Source of the DNA: Gemmatimonadota bacterium | Lineage (GTDB): Bacteria > Latescibacterota > UBA2968 | Direction of reading: 5' to 3' | Assembly: GCA_026705765.1 (NCBI GenBank) | Contig: JAPPAB010000168.1 | Coordinates: forward strand, 56-64,055 | Length of the DNA: 64,000 nucleotides | In this document: positions 47,268 to 57,262 of the stretch, piece after piece | How the letters are laid out: every line of letters begins with the position of its first letter | Numbering within the stretch: position 1 is the stretch's first letter | The notes under the pieces: model-generated | What the model saw: only the letters and a program-made list of their open reading frames with translations | What the model was told of the DNA's origin: nothing | Database searches by the model: none | Program-made: the position numbers and the translations under genes

Positions 47268-48950
47268 CTAATCGCTAAGGTTCGACAAGCGCATGTCCTC
47301 TACCAACATTTGCACATTAGTTCTGCCCTGCCAGGTATTGGCCTGTAGTGCAAAGGCGAGATCGACGCTGTCGCCCACTGACAATTCGTAAACCCGCTCG
47401 CCCTGGCGAAACCAGATTGCGTCGCACAGATCACCACCTGTATCCACTCTGAGTTTCAAATGCGCCCCGCGGCCTATGGCGCGCGCATCTGCAATTCGGC
47501 AATTGTGGGCTACAAAACGCGGCAACTCGTTTTTTGCGCCAAAAGGTGCCAATTTGTCCAGGGTGTCAACGGTTGTCAGCGAAATATCGGATGGTTTGAG
47601 CGCGACATCGACTTCCAGTTGGGGCGTCAGTGCTTCCTCTGATAGCCGCGTTTGGGCATCTGCGATCAACCGGTCTTGAAATTCGAAATAATTTTCAGCG
47701 GGGACTGAAAATCCGGCGGCATCTGCGTGTCCGCCAAATTCGGTGAGCAGATCTGAGACGCGGAAAATCGCCTCGACGATATTGTATCCACCGGCTGTGC
47801 GCGCAGAACCCGTGTAGATGCCATTTTTTCGAAAGTTGGTACACACCAGTGCGGGGCGCGAAAATTTTTCGACCAATCGTCCGGCAATCAGCCCGACCAC
47901 ACCCAGATGCCAGTCTTCACCGCGTACCACCAGAATGCGATATTGATCCAACCAGTTATCTTCTACCATGCGTTCTGCTTCGGCTATGCCGTCGTTTTGG
48001 AGAGCCTGTCGTTCGCCGTTTAGACCGTTTAATTCTTCGGCGAGTTTTTTCGCCTGTCCCCGGTTTTGGCAGCGCAACAAATCGAGTGCCAGATCGGCCG
48101 ATGATAGGCGCCCGGCGCTGTTGATGCGCGGTCCCAGGAAGAATCCAATAGAGATTGTGTCAATGGAGCGGTTGGTCGTGCCCGCGACGGCTTTGAGTGC
48201 CTGCAAGCCCGGGCGCTCGGTGGTGTTGAGGACTTGCATCCCCCTTCGCGTAAGCAGACGATTTTCTGCAACCATGGGGGCCATATCAGCCACAGTACCC
48301 AATGCGACGAGATCTAAAAGCGAGTTCAAATATCGGCGGCGTTCTGAATCGGACAAGAACTCCGATGCCAGAGCCTGTACTACCTTAAATGCCACTCCTA
48401 CGGCAGCCAGTCCCTTGAAGGGATATTCGCAGTCTGCGCGATTGGGATTTACCAGTGCCAGAGCGTCTGGCAATTTGTCCTGTGGATGGTGATGGTCAAT
48501 GACTACCACATCTATGCCGGCGTTATTGGCAGTGTCAATAGCCTCAAAAGCTGAAATGCCATTGTCGGCAGTTACAATGAGTTGCGCTCCTTTTGCGGAT
48601 GCTTTCTCTACACCCGGTGGTTTCATGCCATACCCATCTCGGAACCGGTCGGGCAACAAAAATGTGGCATTGGCACCTACCAGATCAAAAAAATCCAGCA
48701 AGACAGCGGTGCTCGTGACGCCATCTACATCGTAATCGCCAAAAACCACAATGCGCTCTTTATTGCGAATAGCTTCTGATATGCGTTCGACAATGCGGCG
48801 CATGTCTTTCATTAAATAGGGGTCATTCAAAATATCGGGAGAATCGGCCAAATCTTCTATTTTTAATGAACGGTTTGCGAGAATGACATCGGCAATAGAA
48901 TGATAGTCGCCTCTATGGCGTATGTTCCATATCGGGTACCTGGGTTCCAT
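47268..48950 (-). CDS. recJ: Single-stranded-DNA-specific exonuclease RecJ
   Basis: DHH motifs ('VVIDHHHP'), DHHA1 and C-terminal OB-fold region. Confidence 0.9.
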   Translation of the reverse strand: MEPRYPIWNIRHRGDYHSIADVILANRSLKIEDLADSPDILNDPYLMKDMRRIVERISEAIRNKERIVVFGDYDVDGVTSTAVLLDFFDLVGANATFLLPDRFRDGYGMKPPGVEKASAKGAQLIVTADNGISAFEAIDTANNAGIDVVVIDHHHPQDKLPDALALVNPNRADCEYPFKGLAAVGVAFKVVQALASEFLSDSERRRYLNSLLDLVALGTVADMAPMVAENRLLTRRGMQVLNTTERPGLQALKAVAGTTNRSIDTISIGFFLGPRINSAGRLSSADLALDLLRCQNRGQAKKLAEELNGLNGERQALQNDGIAEAERMVEDNWLDQYRILVVRGEDWHLGVVGLIAGRLVEKFSRPALVCTNFRKNGIYTGSARTAGGYNIVEAIFRVSDLLTEFGGHADAAGFSVPAENYFEFQDRLIADAQTRLSEEALTPQLEVDVALKPSDISLTTVDTLDKLAPFGAKNELPRFVAHNCRIADARAIGRGAHLKLRVDTGGDLCDAIWFRQGERVYELSVGDSVDLAFALQANTWQGRTNVQMLVEDMRLSNLSD

Positions 48951-48996
48951 AAAATCTCCAGAGTGGTTGATCAGAGTGCGTATATGCGATCTCTAC

Positions 48997-49026
48997 TTGA
49001 CTTGAAGTCAATTTGAACGTTAATTT
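48997..49026 (+). promoter_or_regulatory. Candidate promoter with 15-bp palindrome TTGACTTGAAGTCAA overlapping the -35 element, upstream of the ybjN-like/pspA genes
   Basis: Perfect inverted repeat read directly. Weak -10 (TTAATT) 17 nt downstream. Confidence 0.3.
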
Positions 49027-49112
49027 TTGAAACCAATATTTCGCTTGCGTATCTCATAGGCAGGACGGAGGGTCGCGTTACACCTCCCGCTAACCGCTTT
49101 CAGGAGTTTAAA

Positions 49113-49508
49113 ATGTCAGAATATTTCAATACAGTCAAATCTTATCTTCAAGACCTCAATCTCGCGGTTGACGAGGAAGATACCGCTGAAGAACTCGTGG
49201 TGGTGAGCGACGAAGATCGCGGGGTCAATCACCTCATTGTCGATTGCGAAGATCCCATCCTCATTATTGAGCAGGCTATTATGCCCATTCCCAATGCCCC
49301 TGGGGATCTGTACAAAAGGTTGCTCGAAATGAATCGCACACTTGTTCACGGGGCGTTTGCCCTGGACGATGAAACCGGCACGGTTCTTTTTCGCGATACC
49401 CTGCGCCTGGATACACTCGACCGATCTGAGCTTGAAGGCTCGATTACTGCGCTCGAACTCGCCTTGGCCGATAATGCCGCAGAATTACTCGAATATAGCC
49501 ATCAGTAG
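49113..49508 (+). CDS. YbjN-like domain protein (putative sensory-transduction regulator / chaperone-like)
   Basis: 131-aa acidic protein. Pattern and position immediately upstream of pspA resemble YbjN-family neighbours of PspA genes. Confidence 0.5.
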   Translation: MSEYFNTVKSYLQDLNLAVDEEDTAEELVVVSDEDRGVNHLIVDCEDPILIIEQAIMPIPNAPGDLYKRLLEMNRTLVHGAFALDDETGTVLFRDTLRLDTLDRSELEGSITALELALADNAAELLEYSHQ

Positions 49509-49594
49509 GGGGTGGGTTGAACTGCTGGCGCAGTTGTACATCGCTCGAAACCCACCCGTACAAAAACTGACCATTTCCAAAAAAGGAGTATCTC

Positions 49595-50305
49595 ATGAGC
49601 ATCTTTCAACGTCTCTTCAGTGTGGGCAAGGCCGAAGTCCATTCGGCTATTGACAAATTTGAAGATCCGATAAAAATGACCGAACAGGGTATTCGCGATC
49701 TGAAAAATGACCTCAATGGCGCGATGACCAGCCTGGCTGAGGTCAAAGGGCAGGCCATTCGATTGCGAAAGCAAGCTGAAGACAATAAGAAGGCGTCTGC
49801 TGACTGGGAGCGAAAGGCCATGGTTTTGCTCCAAAAAGCCCAGAGTGGTGATCTGGATGCTGGAGAGGCTGACCGGTTGGCAACCGAGGCTCTTAGCCGC
49901 AAATCAGAGGCCGATAATCGTATTTCTCAGTTTGAGCAAGATGCCGAGATGCAGGAAGATATGGCCGCTAAGCTACAAAGTCAGGTGGAGAAGCTCAAAT
50001 CTACCATTGCAACGCACGAAAATGAACTCATTTCACTGCGTGCGCGTGCAAAAACAGCCGCTGCGACGAAGAAAATCAACAAGCAACTCGCCAAAGTCGA
50101 TTCGTCCGGTACAATTGCCATGCTCGAGCGTATGAAAGAACGGGTTGAAGAAGATGAATCGCTCTCGCAGGCTTATGGTGAGATAGCCGGTGAATCCAAG
50201 AGCGTTGATGAGGAGATTGACGCGGCACTGAGTACCTCGTCAGGGGGCACAGATCAACGCCTTGCTGAACTCAAAGCAAAGATGGGGATGACTTCGAAAG
50301 ACTGA
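49595..50305 (+). CDS. pspA: PspA/IM30-family protein
   Basis: 'MSIFQRLFSVGKAEVHSAIDKFEDPIKMTEQGIRDL' canonical PspA N-terminus. Coiled coil throughout. Confidence 0.85.
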   Translation: MSIFQRLFSVGKAEVHSAIDKFEDPIKMTEQGIRDLKNDLNGAMTSLAEVKGQAIRLRKQAEDNKKASADWERKAMVLLQKAQSGDLDAGEADRLATEALSRKSEADNRISQFEQDAEMQEDMAAKLQSQVEKLKSTIATHENELISLRARAKTAAATKKINKQLAKVDSSGTIAMLERMKERVEEDESLSQAYGEIAGESKSVDEEIDAALSTSSGGTDQRLAELKAKMGMTSKD

Positions 50306-50389
50306 TTCTGTCTGGGTGTGCCTGCGAGTGAGACGCTGGCGCACCCGTTCTATCTGTCGCAGAAGATTCATGGGGTGTCTGGAGATCAA

Positions 50390-50935
50390 ATGAATTGGAA
50401 TCCTTTTAAGAAAAAGAAACAAGAACCCGAAGTTCTCGATCCCCTCAGTGTTACACTGTCCGATCTCAAGCTGGGTTATGTCCTCGATTACGATCTCAAA
50501 ACATGGCAGGTTACAGCGCAGCATTATTACGATTACGAAGGTGATCGCGTGGATGAATGGGAACTCACCTGTGGCGATGATGTGGCATTTCTCGAGCGGG
50601 CAGAAGACGATAGTATCACCTGGGTCCTGACGCGCAAAATCCCCCTTTCTGATATTGAGGGCGATATCCGTGGGCATATGCGCGACCACGACAATGAGGA
50701 TCCGCCAGATGAAGTTCGATGCCAGGGGGTTATGTTCTATGGCATATCGTCAGCCGTTGGATCTTTTTACAAAGATGGCGGAGACGAGGGACAGGAGTTT
50801 ATCATCTGGAATTATCTCGACGAGCCGGAGGAACACACCCTGTCTATCGAGCAATGGGCTGAAGATGCTTTTGAAGCCGCGGTGGGTGAGTTCGTCGAGG
50901 AATATCAATTTAGCAATATTTTGCCTGTAGATTAA
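50390..50935 (+). CDS. DUF4178-domain protein
   Basis: GGAGAT RBS then ATG at 50390. The 'LKLGYVLDYDLKTWQV…YEGDRVDEWEL' beta-rich pattern is typical of DUF4178. Confidence 0.6.
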   Translation: MNWNPFKKKKQEPEVLDPLSVTLSDLKLGYVLDYDLKTWQVTAQHYYDYEGDRVDEWELTCGDDVAFLERAEDDSITWVLTRKIPLSDIEGDIRGHMRDHDNEDPPDEVRCQGVMFYGISSAVGSFYKDGGDEGQEFIIWNYLDEPEEHTLSIEQWAEDAFEAAVGEFVEEYQFSNILPVD

Positions 50936-50940
50936 TATCT

Positions 50941-52476
50941 CTATTCAAATCCCCATTCTGATTTTCGATAGTATCGATCTACTGTCGGTTCCATCTCTGT
51001 GCTGACCTCAATCGCATGTTGCCCATCAAACATGCCCTTCCAGAAGTGCAACATTCCCCGCATTGCTTCTGCATTCAAAAATTGCGTTTCAATATCCTCA
51101 AATGTGAGTTGTTGCGTTCGGCGAAGGAGGCCCTCTTTGCGTATCTTTTCGGCTTTCATTCCCAATACCCATCCCCAATCTCCCATTGTTGGTATATAGG
51201 TGTGATAGGGTATGGTGGAAAAACCGGCGTCTGTCATTGTGCGCTCAATGCACAGAAATGCAAGATGCGCGTTGAGAGGACTCGACGCCTGGGTTACCAG
51301 TACGCCATCGGGTGTTAAGTGACGCGCACACAGGCGATAAAATTCCCGCGAATACAATCTGGCGAGGTCTGGTCCTTTGGGGTCGGGCAAGTCGATGATG
51401 ATGATGTTGAATAGTGCTTCTGAATGCGCCAAAAACGCGCCCGCATCGCCGATTACCACACTGACACGCGGGTCGTCCAGTGCCCGTGTATTCGCTTCTA
51501 CAAAGACCGGGTGCGCGCGCGCCAGATCGATTATCGCTTTGTCTAAATCTACCAGCGTGATCGCCTGTACATCTGCATATTTTACGACTTCGCGTACAGC
51601 GAGTCCATCCCCCCCGCCTAAGATGAGTACGTTGTTACGCGATCCGGATAGTTTCATGGCCGGATGTACCAGTGATTCGTGATAGCGTTCTTCGTCATAG
51701 GTGCTGAATTGCACGTTGCCATTTAAGTGCAGCCAGTAATAGCCTTTCCATTCTGTTATGACAATGCGTTGATACGCGGTCTGATCTTGATAGACTACGC
51801 GGTCGCGATACCGACTTTGCTCGCCCCATATTACAATGGGACGGATATAAAGCCCCAGTACCAGAAGGCCCGCGCCCAGGGTCCAGAATGCCGTCAATAG
51901 CAGCCAGCGACGCGCCAATAAGTGCCGATATTGCCACAGCAATACCGATGCCACGATAAAGTTAATCGCGGCCAACGCCAGCGGTGTGTACGTCAGGCCC
52001 AATTCTGGCAATAAAAAAAAGGCGAACAATAGTCCGCCGATCAATGCGCCAAAATAGTCTTTTTCCATCACTGAGGCGATGTTGGTGCGCAGATCCTGAT
52101 ATGCTTCGTTCATGCGCGCGACCAGCGGAATTTCCATGCCGATGAGTACGCCGATTGCAAAGGCGTAGCTATAGATGAAAACACCTGCCGATAACGCGAG
52201 TACCGATCCAAAATACGCTACAACCGCACAGGTGGCGCACAGGACCGAGAGGTAAAATTCGATTGCGATAAAGCGGTCCAGTAGCCGGTCTGTCAATAAG
52301 CGGCTCCATCGGCTGCCCAGGCCCATAGCAAATAACATCAACGACATGAGCACGGCCCACTGCAATGTCGTGTTGCCCAATAGATAGCTCGCCAGTGTTG
52401 ACAATGTAAATTCCGCTACAATGCCAGCACATCCCGTGGCGAATATACAGGTTTTTAAGAGGTAGCTTTGTCGCAT
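50941..52476 (-). CDS. Membrane-anchored polyamine aminopropyltransferase (spermidine-synthase-like)
   Basis: ~7 N-terminal TM helices followed by the spermidine synthase fold ('…ILGGGDGLAVREV…', 'DLPDP'). Confidence 0.8.
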   Translation of the reverse strand: MRQSYLLKTCIFATGCAGIVAEFTLSTLASYLLGNTTLQWAVLMSLMLFAMGLGSRWSRLLTDRLLDRFIAIEFYLSVLCATCAVVAYFGSVLALSAGVFIYSYAFAIGVLIGMEIPLVARMNEAYQDLRTNIASVMEKDYFGALIGGLLFAFFLLPELGLTYTPLALAAINFIVASVLLWQYRHLLARRWLLLTAFWTLGAGLLVLGLYIRPIVIWGEQSRYRDRVVYQDQTAYQRIVITEWKGYYWLHLNGNVQFSTYDEERYHESLVHPAMKLSGSRNNVLILGGGDGLAVREVVKYADVQAITLVDLDKAIIDLARAHPVFVEANTRALDDPRVSVVIGDAGAFLAHSEALFNIIIIDLPDPKGPDLARLYSREFYRLCARHLTPDGVLVTQASSPLNAHLAFLCIERTMTDAGFSTIPYHTYIPTMGDWGWVLGMKAEKIRKEGLLRRTQQLTFEDIETQFLNAEAMRGMLHFWKGMFDGQHAIEVSTEMEPTVDRYYRKSEWGFE

Positions 52477-52542
52477 AAAAAATAAATAACTCGGCGGGTG
52501 TTCAGTCCGCCGAGTTAGAGAGATTTAATACAACTTTCTTTT

Positions 52543-53388
52543 TTATAAACTCCATACGATCAGAAACGATGCACCGACGTAAGATGTGGCTTCGATGAAG
52601 CCCGCGCCGAGATTGGGGTGTTCTTGATTGGCGATTTCATCGGTCAGTTTTTGTCCGGGCAGGAGGATGACGTCGGAGATGAATCGGACGATGGGTAGCA
52701 AGATCAATCCCGCAACTACTTCGATTGCGAAATCCTGTAGATTTACAGCCCAGGAAATAAAGTTGCCCGCCGATGCGTGAAACACGATGACGCCAATGCC
52801 GACCAGTGCACCCGCAAAAGCGACGCCAGCGGCGACGTTGTCTTTTTCGATTTCATCGTGAATGCTATACGGGGTAATCCATTCGTACACCAGCCCGGCC
52901 AGTACCAGAGCTACCTGCCCCAATGCCCAGAAAATCACGGTTGTCACAATTCCACCGATCTCACCCGATACTGCGCCAAAGATCACCAATCCCGTTGCTA
53001 TGTACGACGCGGCGATCACGGCACCCGTGCCCGCGTTTTGATCGTCGATTAATTCATCCCGAATTTTGAATCCGTGCAGGATTACTCCGTCATTGACCAG
53101 ACGCGAGAGATTTAGCAAGATGATCGCCAGCAGTCCGTATATGCCGATGTCGATCAAATCGTTTTCCAATCCCTGAGACGGTCCGGATAAGGTGCCGCCA
53201 ATGGCCATGAACAATCCGAAGTAATATCCCGCCATGGCCACACCCAGTGCGACGTTGTCTTTTTCTACGAGTTCTTCTCGCACGCTGTAACTCGTTGTCG
53301 TCAAGTCTTTGACCAATTTGCCGATCCAGAATAATATAAACGCGCTGATGAGATAAATACCCGTTGCGATTAAGTCCTGTACTATCAT
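52543..53388 (-). CDS. DUF350-domain membrane protein (tandem repeats)
   Basis: Repeated '…ELxxDNxAxGxAxAG…' units characteristic of DUF350/YjfL. Confidence 0.7.
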   Translation of the reverse strand: MIVQDLIATGIYLISAFILFWIGKLVKDLTTTSYSVREELVEKDNVALGVAMAGYYFGLFMAIGGTLSGPSQGLENDLIDIGIYGLLAIILLNLSRLVNDGVILHGFKIRDELIDDQNAGTGAVIAASYIATGLVIFGAVSGEIGGIVTTVIFWALGQVALVLAGLVYEWITPYSIHDEIEKDNVAAGVAFAGALVGIGVIVFHASAGNFISWAVNLQDFAIEVVAGLILLPIVRFISDVILLPGQKLTDEIANQEHPNLGAGFIEATSYVGASFLIVWSL

Positions 53389-54116
53389 TTTCCAAACCCT
53401 CCAAAACTGCGGCTGCCAAATCCAGATCGGCTGCGACTTGTTGAACGCGAACTTCCAAAGCCGGTCCGACTCTGGCTCGTGCGACTTTGCACTTTTTGTG
53501 CGAATGATTGTCTTTTTTGCGCTATGTTTGCCTGGCGTCGCTGGAATGTCGATGGTTTTTGTTTCTGTGTTACAGATCCCTGCGTGCCATACTCTCGATT
53601 GCGTCCGTAATACGGACGTTGATCTCGGCGATAAGACCGATAATCATCGTAATCGTAGCGACTCATGCCAAATCCGCCGCCCCAACCGAGCAAATGACTC
53701 ATGAGCGCGTATTGGCCGTAGAATTCCCAGAATGATGTGCCTCCGCGATCCGTCCAACGCCCGTAGCTCGGATTGCCCACATAGTGGTATCCGGGCGGAT
53801 GTGGCGTGTTGTTTACGCCGTCTTGCTCCGATTTGGCAACGAGTGCCATCCCCAAAAACGGTTCGTATTTTCGATAGATGGATTCCGATACTTCTATCCA
53901 GTCCGATTGTACCTGTTTTTCGCCCTGTGTTATTAAATACCGGTGATAATACGTGGTGAAAAGAGAGCCTTCTTCGCGCATGTCATCCAGTACAATCATA
54001 TACGCCGGTGCTGAGGCAAGCGATTTTTGCATTTCAACGACGGGATCGCGTTCGCCGCCGCATCCAGACAATAACAATAGGCCGATCAACAAGACCGGCA
54101 ATCGTTCTCGTGTCAT
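53385..54116 (-). CDS. Lipoprotein with Arg/Ser/Gly/Tyr-rich disordered C-terminal tail (possibly DUF1190/YjfM-like)
   Basis: Lipobox 'LLLSGC'. Low-complexity 'RSRSGFGSRSFGGFGK' tail. 4-nt overlap with the DUF350 gene. Confidence 0.55.
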   Translation of the reverse strand: MTRERLPVLLIGLLLLSGCGGERDPVVEMQKSLASAPAYMIVLDDMREEGSLFTTYYHRYLITQGEKQVQSDWIEVSESIYRKYEPFLGMALVAKSEQDGVNNTPHPPGYHYVGNPSYGRWTDRGGTSFWEFYGQYALMSHLLGWGGGFGMSRYDYDDYRSYRRDQRPYYGRNREYGTQGSVTQKQKPSTFQRRQANIAQKRQSFAQKVQSRTSQSRTGFGSSRSTSRSRSGFGSRSFGGFGK

Positions 54117-54168
54117 AGCTTCCTCCTTTGTTTTATCTAAAATACCTCAATATCGATTTTATGCAATA

Positions 54169-55632
54169 CTATCTGGGGTCTTCGGGCAATTGTGAGAAGT
54201 CGAATTTGTTTACTTCGTCGATGTCTGGCGCAAATGGGGGGATGGCGTGGGGGATATGGCTGTGCCCGCAGCGCGCGATGAGTGCTCGGGCGCGTGCTTG
54301 TTGTTCAGCTTGTTTTAAGATGTCATCGGCAGACCAGCGTGCAAATATTTTTTCGAGACCCGATTGGATCACTTCACGATACCGGGGATCATTGGATAGA
54401 TCGCGGCGTTCTTCGGGGTCTTCGTCAATGTTGAACAATTGGCAGGAGTCAAATTCGGAGTAATAGTTCAATTTCCACGGTCCCGTGCGGAGCATGCACG
54501 CGGGCTGGTCGCCGAGCAAGCCGATGTATTCTGCAAAGACTTCATTGGGCCAATCCGGTGGGGGATCGCCTGTGAGGAATGGGGTGAAACTTTTGCCCGA
54601 GACATCAGGCATGGGGTCTGCGCCCGCAATGTCCAGAGCCGTGGGTCCGACGTCGATGAGGCTGACGATGGCATCTTCTGCGTGGTTTTCGCGAAGATGA
54701 CCCGGCCAGGAGCAGATTAAGGGAATGCCCACAGAGCCTTCGTAAAAGCTGCTCTTCCACCACATGCCGTGTTCGTGGGCCATGTCGCCGTGGTCCGAGG
54801 TGTAGATGATGACGGTGTTGTCCGCATCGGAGGAGGATTGGACGGTTTTGATAATTTGACCGATGTAGCGGTCGAGTTCGGTTGTCAGGCCGTAATAAGC
54901 GGCTAATCCGCGGCGGTTTTGTTCTGGGGTGATGTCTTCAACGCCGCGTCTTTCGCGCCATTTTTTCAGGGCTGGATGCAGGGCGTTTAAGTATTCGGGC
55001 GATTCGGGTTCGAGCGGGGGGATTTGCGCCATGTAATATTCGAAGTCTTCTCTGCCGCAGATGAGGGGATTGTGCGGGTTCATGTAGCCGACGACGAGGG
55101 CATAGGGTCTGTCGCTGTTTTGACGGTCGGCGATGAATTTGCAGGCTGTTTCGGTGACGGATTTGTCAAAGTGGCGATAGCCGGTTTCGCCATAGCCGGA
55201 TACTTGGACGCCGTATTTGGTCTGTCCCGTTGTGCGGTTGTATCCATAGCCGAGAATTTCTGCGGATAGCCCGCCGCAGTCGGCGTGGATGCGTTTTTCA
55301 AAGCCGTGGAATTGGTCGGGGTTTCTAAAGTGCATGCGACCGCATAGTACAGCTTCGTATCCCGCCGCGCCAAATGCATGGGCAAACGTGGGGGTGTCAA
55401 AAGACAGACTGCCGCTGTTGTCATAGACGCCCACATCGCTGGGATATTGCGCGGACATGAAGCCTGACCGCGAAGGCGCGCAGAGGGGATAGGGGCAATA
55501 CGTATTGCGAAACCGGACCCCGCTACGGGCGAGCGCGTCCAGATTGGGCGTTTGCACAATGGGATTTCCCGCACATCCCATTGCATGGGGATTGTGCTGG
55601 TCGGAGATGATGATGATAATGTTGGGAGTCAT
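54169..55632 (-). CDS. Sulfatase (canonical C-A-P-S-R motif)
   Basis: 'IIIIISDQHNPH' and 'PLCAPSRSGFMS'. Start placed at 'MTPNIII…' because the upstream extension overlaps a palindromic repeat element that also occurs intergenically. Confidence 0.8.
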   Translation of the reverse strand: MTPNIIIIISDQHNPHAMGCAGNPIVQTPNLDALARSGVRFRNTYCPYPLCAPSRSGFMSAQYPSDVGVYDNSGSLSFDTPTFAHAFGAAGYEAVLCGRMHFRNPDQFHGFEKRIHADCGGLSAEILGYGYNRTTGQTKYGVQVSGYGETGYRHFDKSVTETACKFIADRQNSDRPYALVVGYMNPHNPLICGREDFEYYMAQIPPLEPESPEYLNALHPALKKWRERRGVEDITPEQNRRGLAAYYGLTTELDRYIGQIIKTVQSSSDADNTVIIYTSDHGDMAHEHGMWWKSSFYEGSVGIPLICSWPGHLRENHAEDAIVSLIDVGPTALDIAGADPMPDVSGKSFTPFLTGDPPPDWPNEVFAEYIGLLGDQPACMLRTGPWKLNYYSEFDSCQLFNIDEDPEERRDLSNDPRYREVIQSGLEKIFARWSADDILKQAEQQARARALIARCGHSHIPHAIPPFAPDIDEVNKFDFSQLPEDPR

Positions 55633-55652
55633 AAAATTAAGAATTAAGGAGC

Positions 55653-55690
55653 GGTGTACAACTGGTCGCCGTCCAGACCAGTTCATTGAG
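55653..55690. repeat. Nested palindromic repeat element, copy B
   Basis: GGTGTACAACTGGTCgccgtcCAGACCAGTTCAttgag. Lies in the sulfatase/PhyH intergenic leader. Confidence 0.4.
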
Positions 55691-55783
55691 AATTGATACA
55701 TCTACCATATAGAAGCGATCCCCGGTCTCGTATTCTTAGATCAGAAAATGGCCTCGCGCGTTCCAGACTGATCAATCCCGATC

Positions 55784-56491
55784 CTATTTTCGATCATTCC
55801 CGTTATATAATCCCTCGCCGCGCACGAGCAGGCGTTTGGGGTTGGGAATGTCCATGAGTTCATCGACGCTGTGATAGCCAATTGTCATGCTCATGCGCGT
55901 GTCGTCGGTGTGATTTTCGCCTGCGCCGTGGACGACCATGCTGTCGATTGCGAGCATTCCTCCTGCTGGCATGGGTACGGGGAGTGCCTGACCGAGGACA
56001 TCGCTTGCCCATTCTGCATCGTGAATAGATGTGGAGGTGCCAGGGAAGTGATGCGATCCGGGAATGATGCGGGTGCATCCATTTTCGAGGGTGGTTTCTT
56101 CGAGGTAAAAGATGATGGTGTAGATGTTGCGCGTCCACTGTCTGACATCGCGATGGAGATACGCACCTTTGTTGTCCTCTGCTGTGCGCAAGGTGGCGTG
56201 GTTGTGGCGATTGGTGAGGATTTCGATGTTGGGTCCCAGAAGCGATTCGAGTGGGTTGAGCGCGTATGGATGCGTGACTGCTTCTCGAAAGATCGGCGCG
56301 CGGTCCATAAGTGCAGAGATGCGAACAGGCCGACCATCCTTATTGCGCACGATGGGTTCGACTTCGCGGTCAATGTCTTCCATAATAGCGGTCTTCAGGT
56401 TTTCAATCATTTCTTCTGGCAAAAGGTCTGGGAAGCAGAGAAAACCGTTGTTTCGGAAGAGTTGGATTTGTCGCATTGTGAGTGAGGGCAT
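55784..56491 (-). CDS. Phytanoyl-CoA dioxygenase (PhyH)-family Fe(II)/2-oxoglutarate oxygenase
   Basis: HxD…H facial triad context ('YLHRDVRQW', 'MVVHGAGEN'). Confidence 0.8.
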   Translation of the reverse strand: MPSLTMRQIQLFRNNGFLCFPDLLPEEMIENLKTAIMEDIDREVEPIVRNKDGRPVRISALMDRAPIFREAVTHPYALNPLESLLGPNIEILTNRHNHATLRTAEDNKGAYLHRDVRQWTRNIYTIIFYLEETTLENGCTRIIPGSHHFPGTSTSIHDAEWASDVLGQALPVPMPAGGMLAIDSMVVHGAGENHTDDTRMSMTIGYHSVDELMDIPNPKRLLVRGEGLYNGNDRK

Positions 56492-56494
56492 GTC

Positions 56495-57244
56495 CTACTC
56501 CTGGGCGGGAAGCGTATAGGGATGAGGGTGTCCCGTATAGACTTTTTCGCCGCGTACGAGAATTTTTTCCGGGTCGTCTTTGATTACGTCGTGGGCGTCG
56601 TGGGCGCGATAGGCAACCGTCATGCTGCGGCGAGAATGATTGGAACAATTTGTGTCAGATCCGTGATAACAGCAGTCGTTAAAGAGCAGGACACCACCGC
56701 GCGGCATGGGGATTGGCACTGCGCGGTAATAGTTGTCGCTGTCGTAAAAATTGTCTCTTTGTTTCTGTGGTCGGCGCGGGTTGAGAAATGGGCGGTTGTG
56801 GCTGCCGGGCACGATGCGCACACAGCCGTTTTCAACGGTTGATTCTTCGAGGTAGATCAAGCCGGTGATAAGTGTGTGGTCATAGGGTTCTTCACCGGCG
56901 TGCCAGGGGACGGGATAAGACCCGGAGGGGCGCACCATGACGTGATTGTGTTTGTTGGTGAGTACTTCGATGTTTGGACCGATGATGCCTTCGAGGGCGT
57001 TGAGGATGATGGGATGAGATGCGGCTTCAAAATAGATGGGGTCTCGCAAAAAAATTTTTGAGAGACGGCGGACGTTTTTCGGCTCTCGCTCCACCTTTTC
57101 TTCCCATACAATGGGTTCGCGCATGTCTGCAATTTGCCGGGAGGTGACTTCGTTTAGACGATTGACCAGATCGCCGGGCAAGGTCTCGCGGACTTTGTAA
57201 AATCCAGTTGTTTTGAAATACCAGAGGTCTTCTTCTGTGATCAT
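56495..57244 (-). CDS. Phytanoyl-CoA dioxygenase (PhyH)-family oxygenase, paralogue
   Basis: Same architecture ('PWHAGEE', 'CCYHGSDTN'). 3-nt intergenic gap to the paralogue. Confidence 0.8.
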   Translation of the reverse strand: MITEEDLWYFKTTGFYKVRETLPGDLVNRLNEVTSRQIADMREPIVWEEKVEREPKNVRRLSKIFLRDPIYFEAASHPIILNALEGIIGPNIEVLTNKHNHVMVRPSGSYPVPWHAGEEPYDHTLITGLIYLEESTVENGCVRIVPGSHNRPFLNPRRPQKQRDNFYDSDNYYRAVPIPMPRGGVLLFNDCCYHGSDTNCSNHSRRSMTVAYRAHDAHDVIKDDPEKILVRGEKVYTGHPHPYTLPAQE

Positions 57245-57262
57245 GTTTGAGCTATCCTTGTA

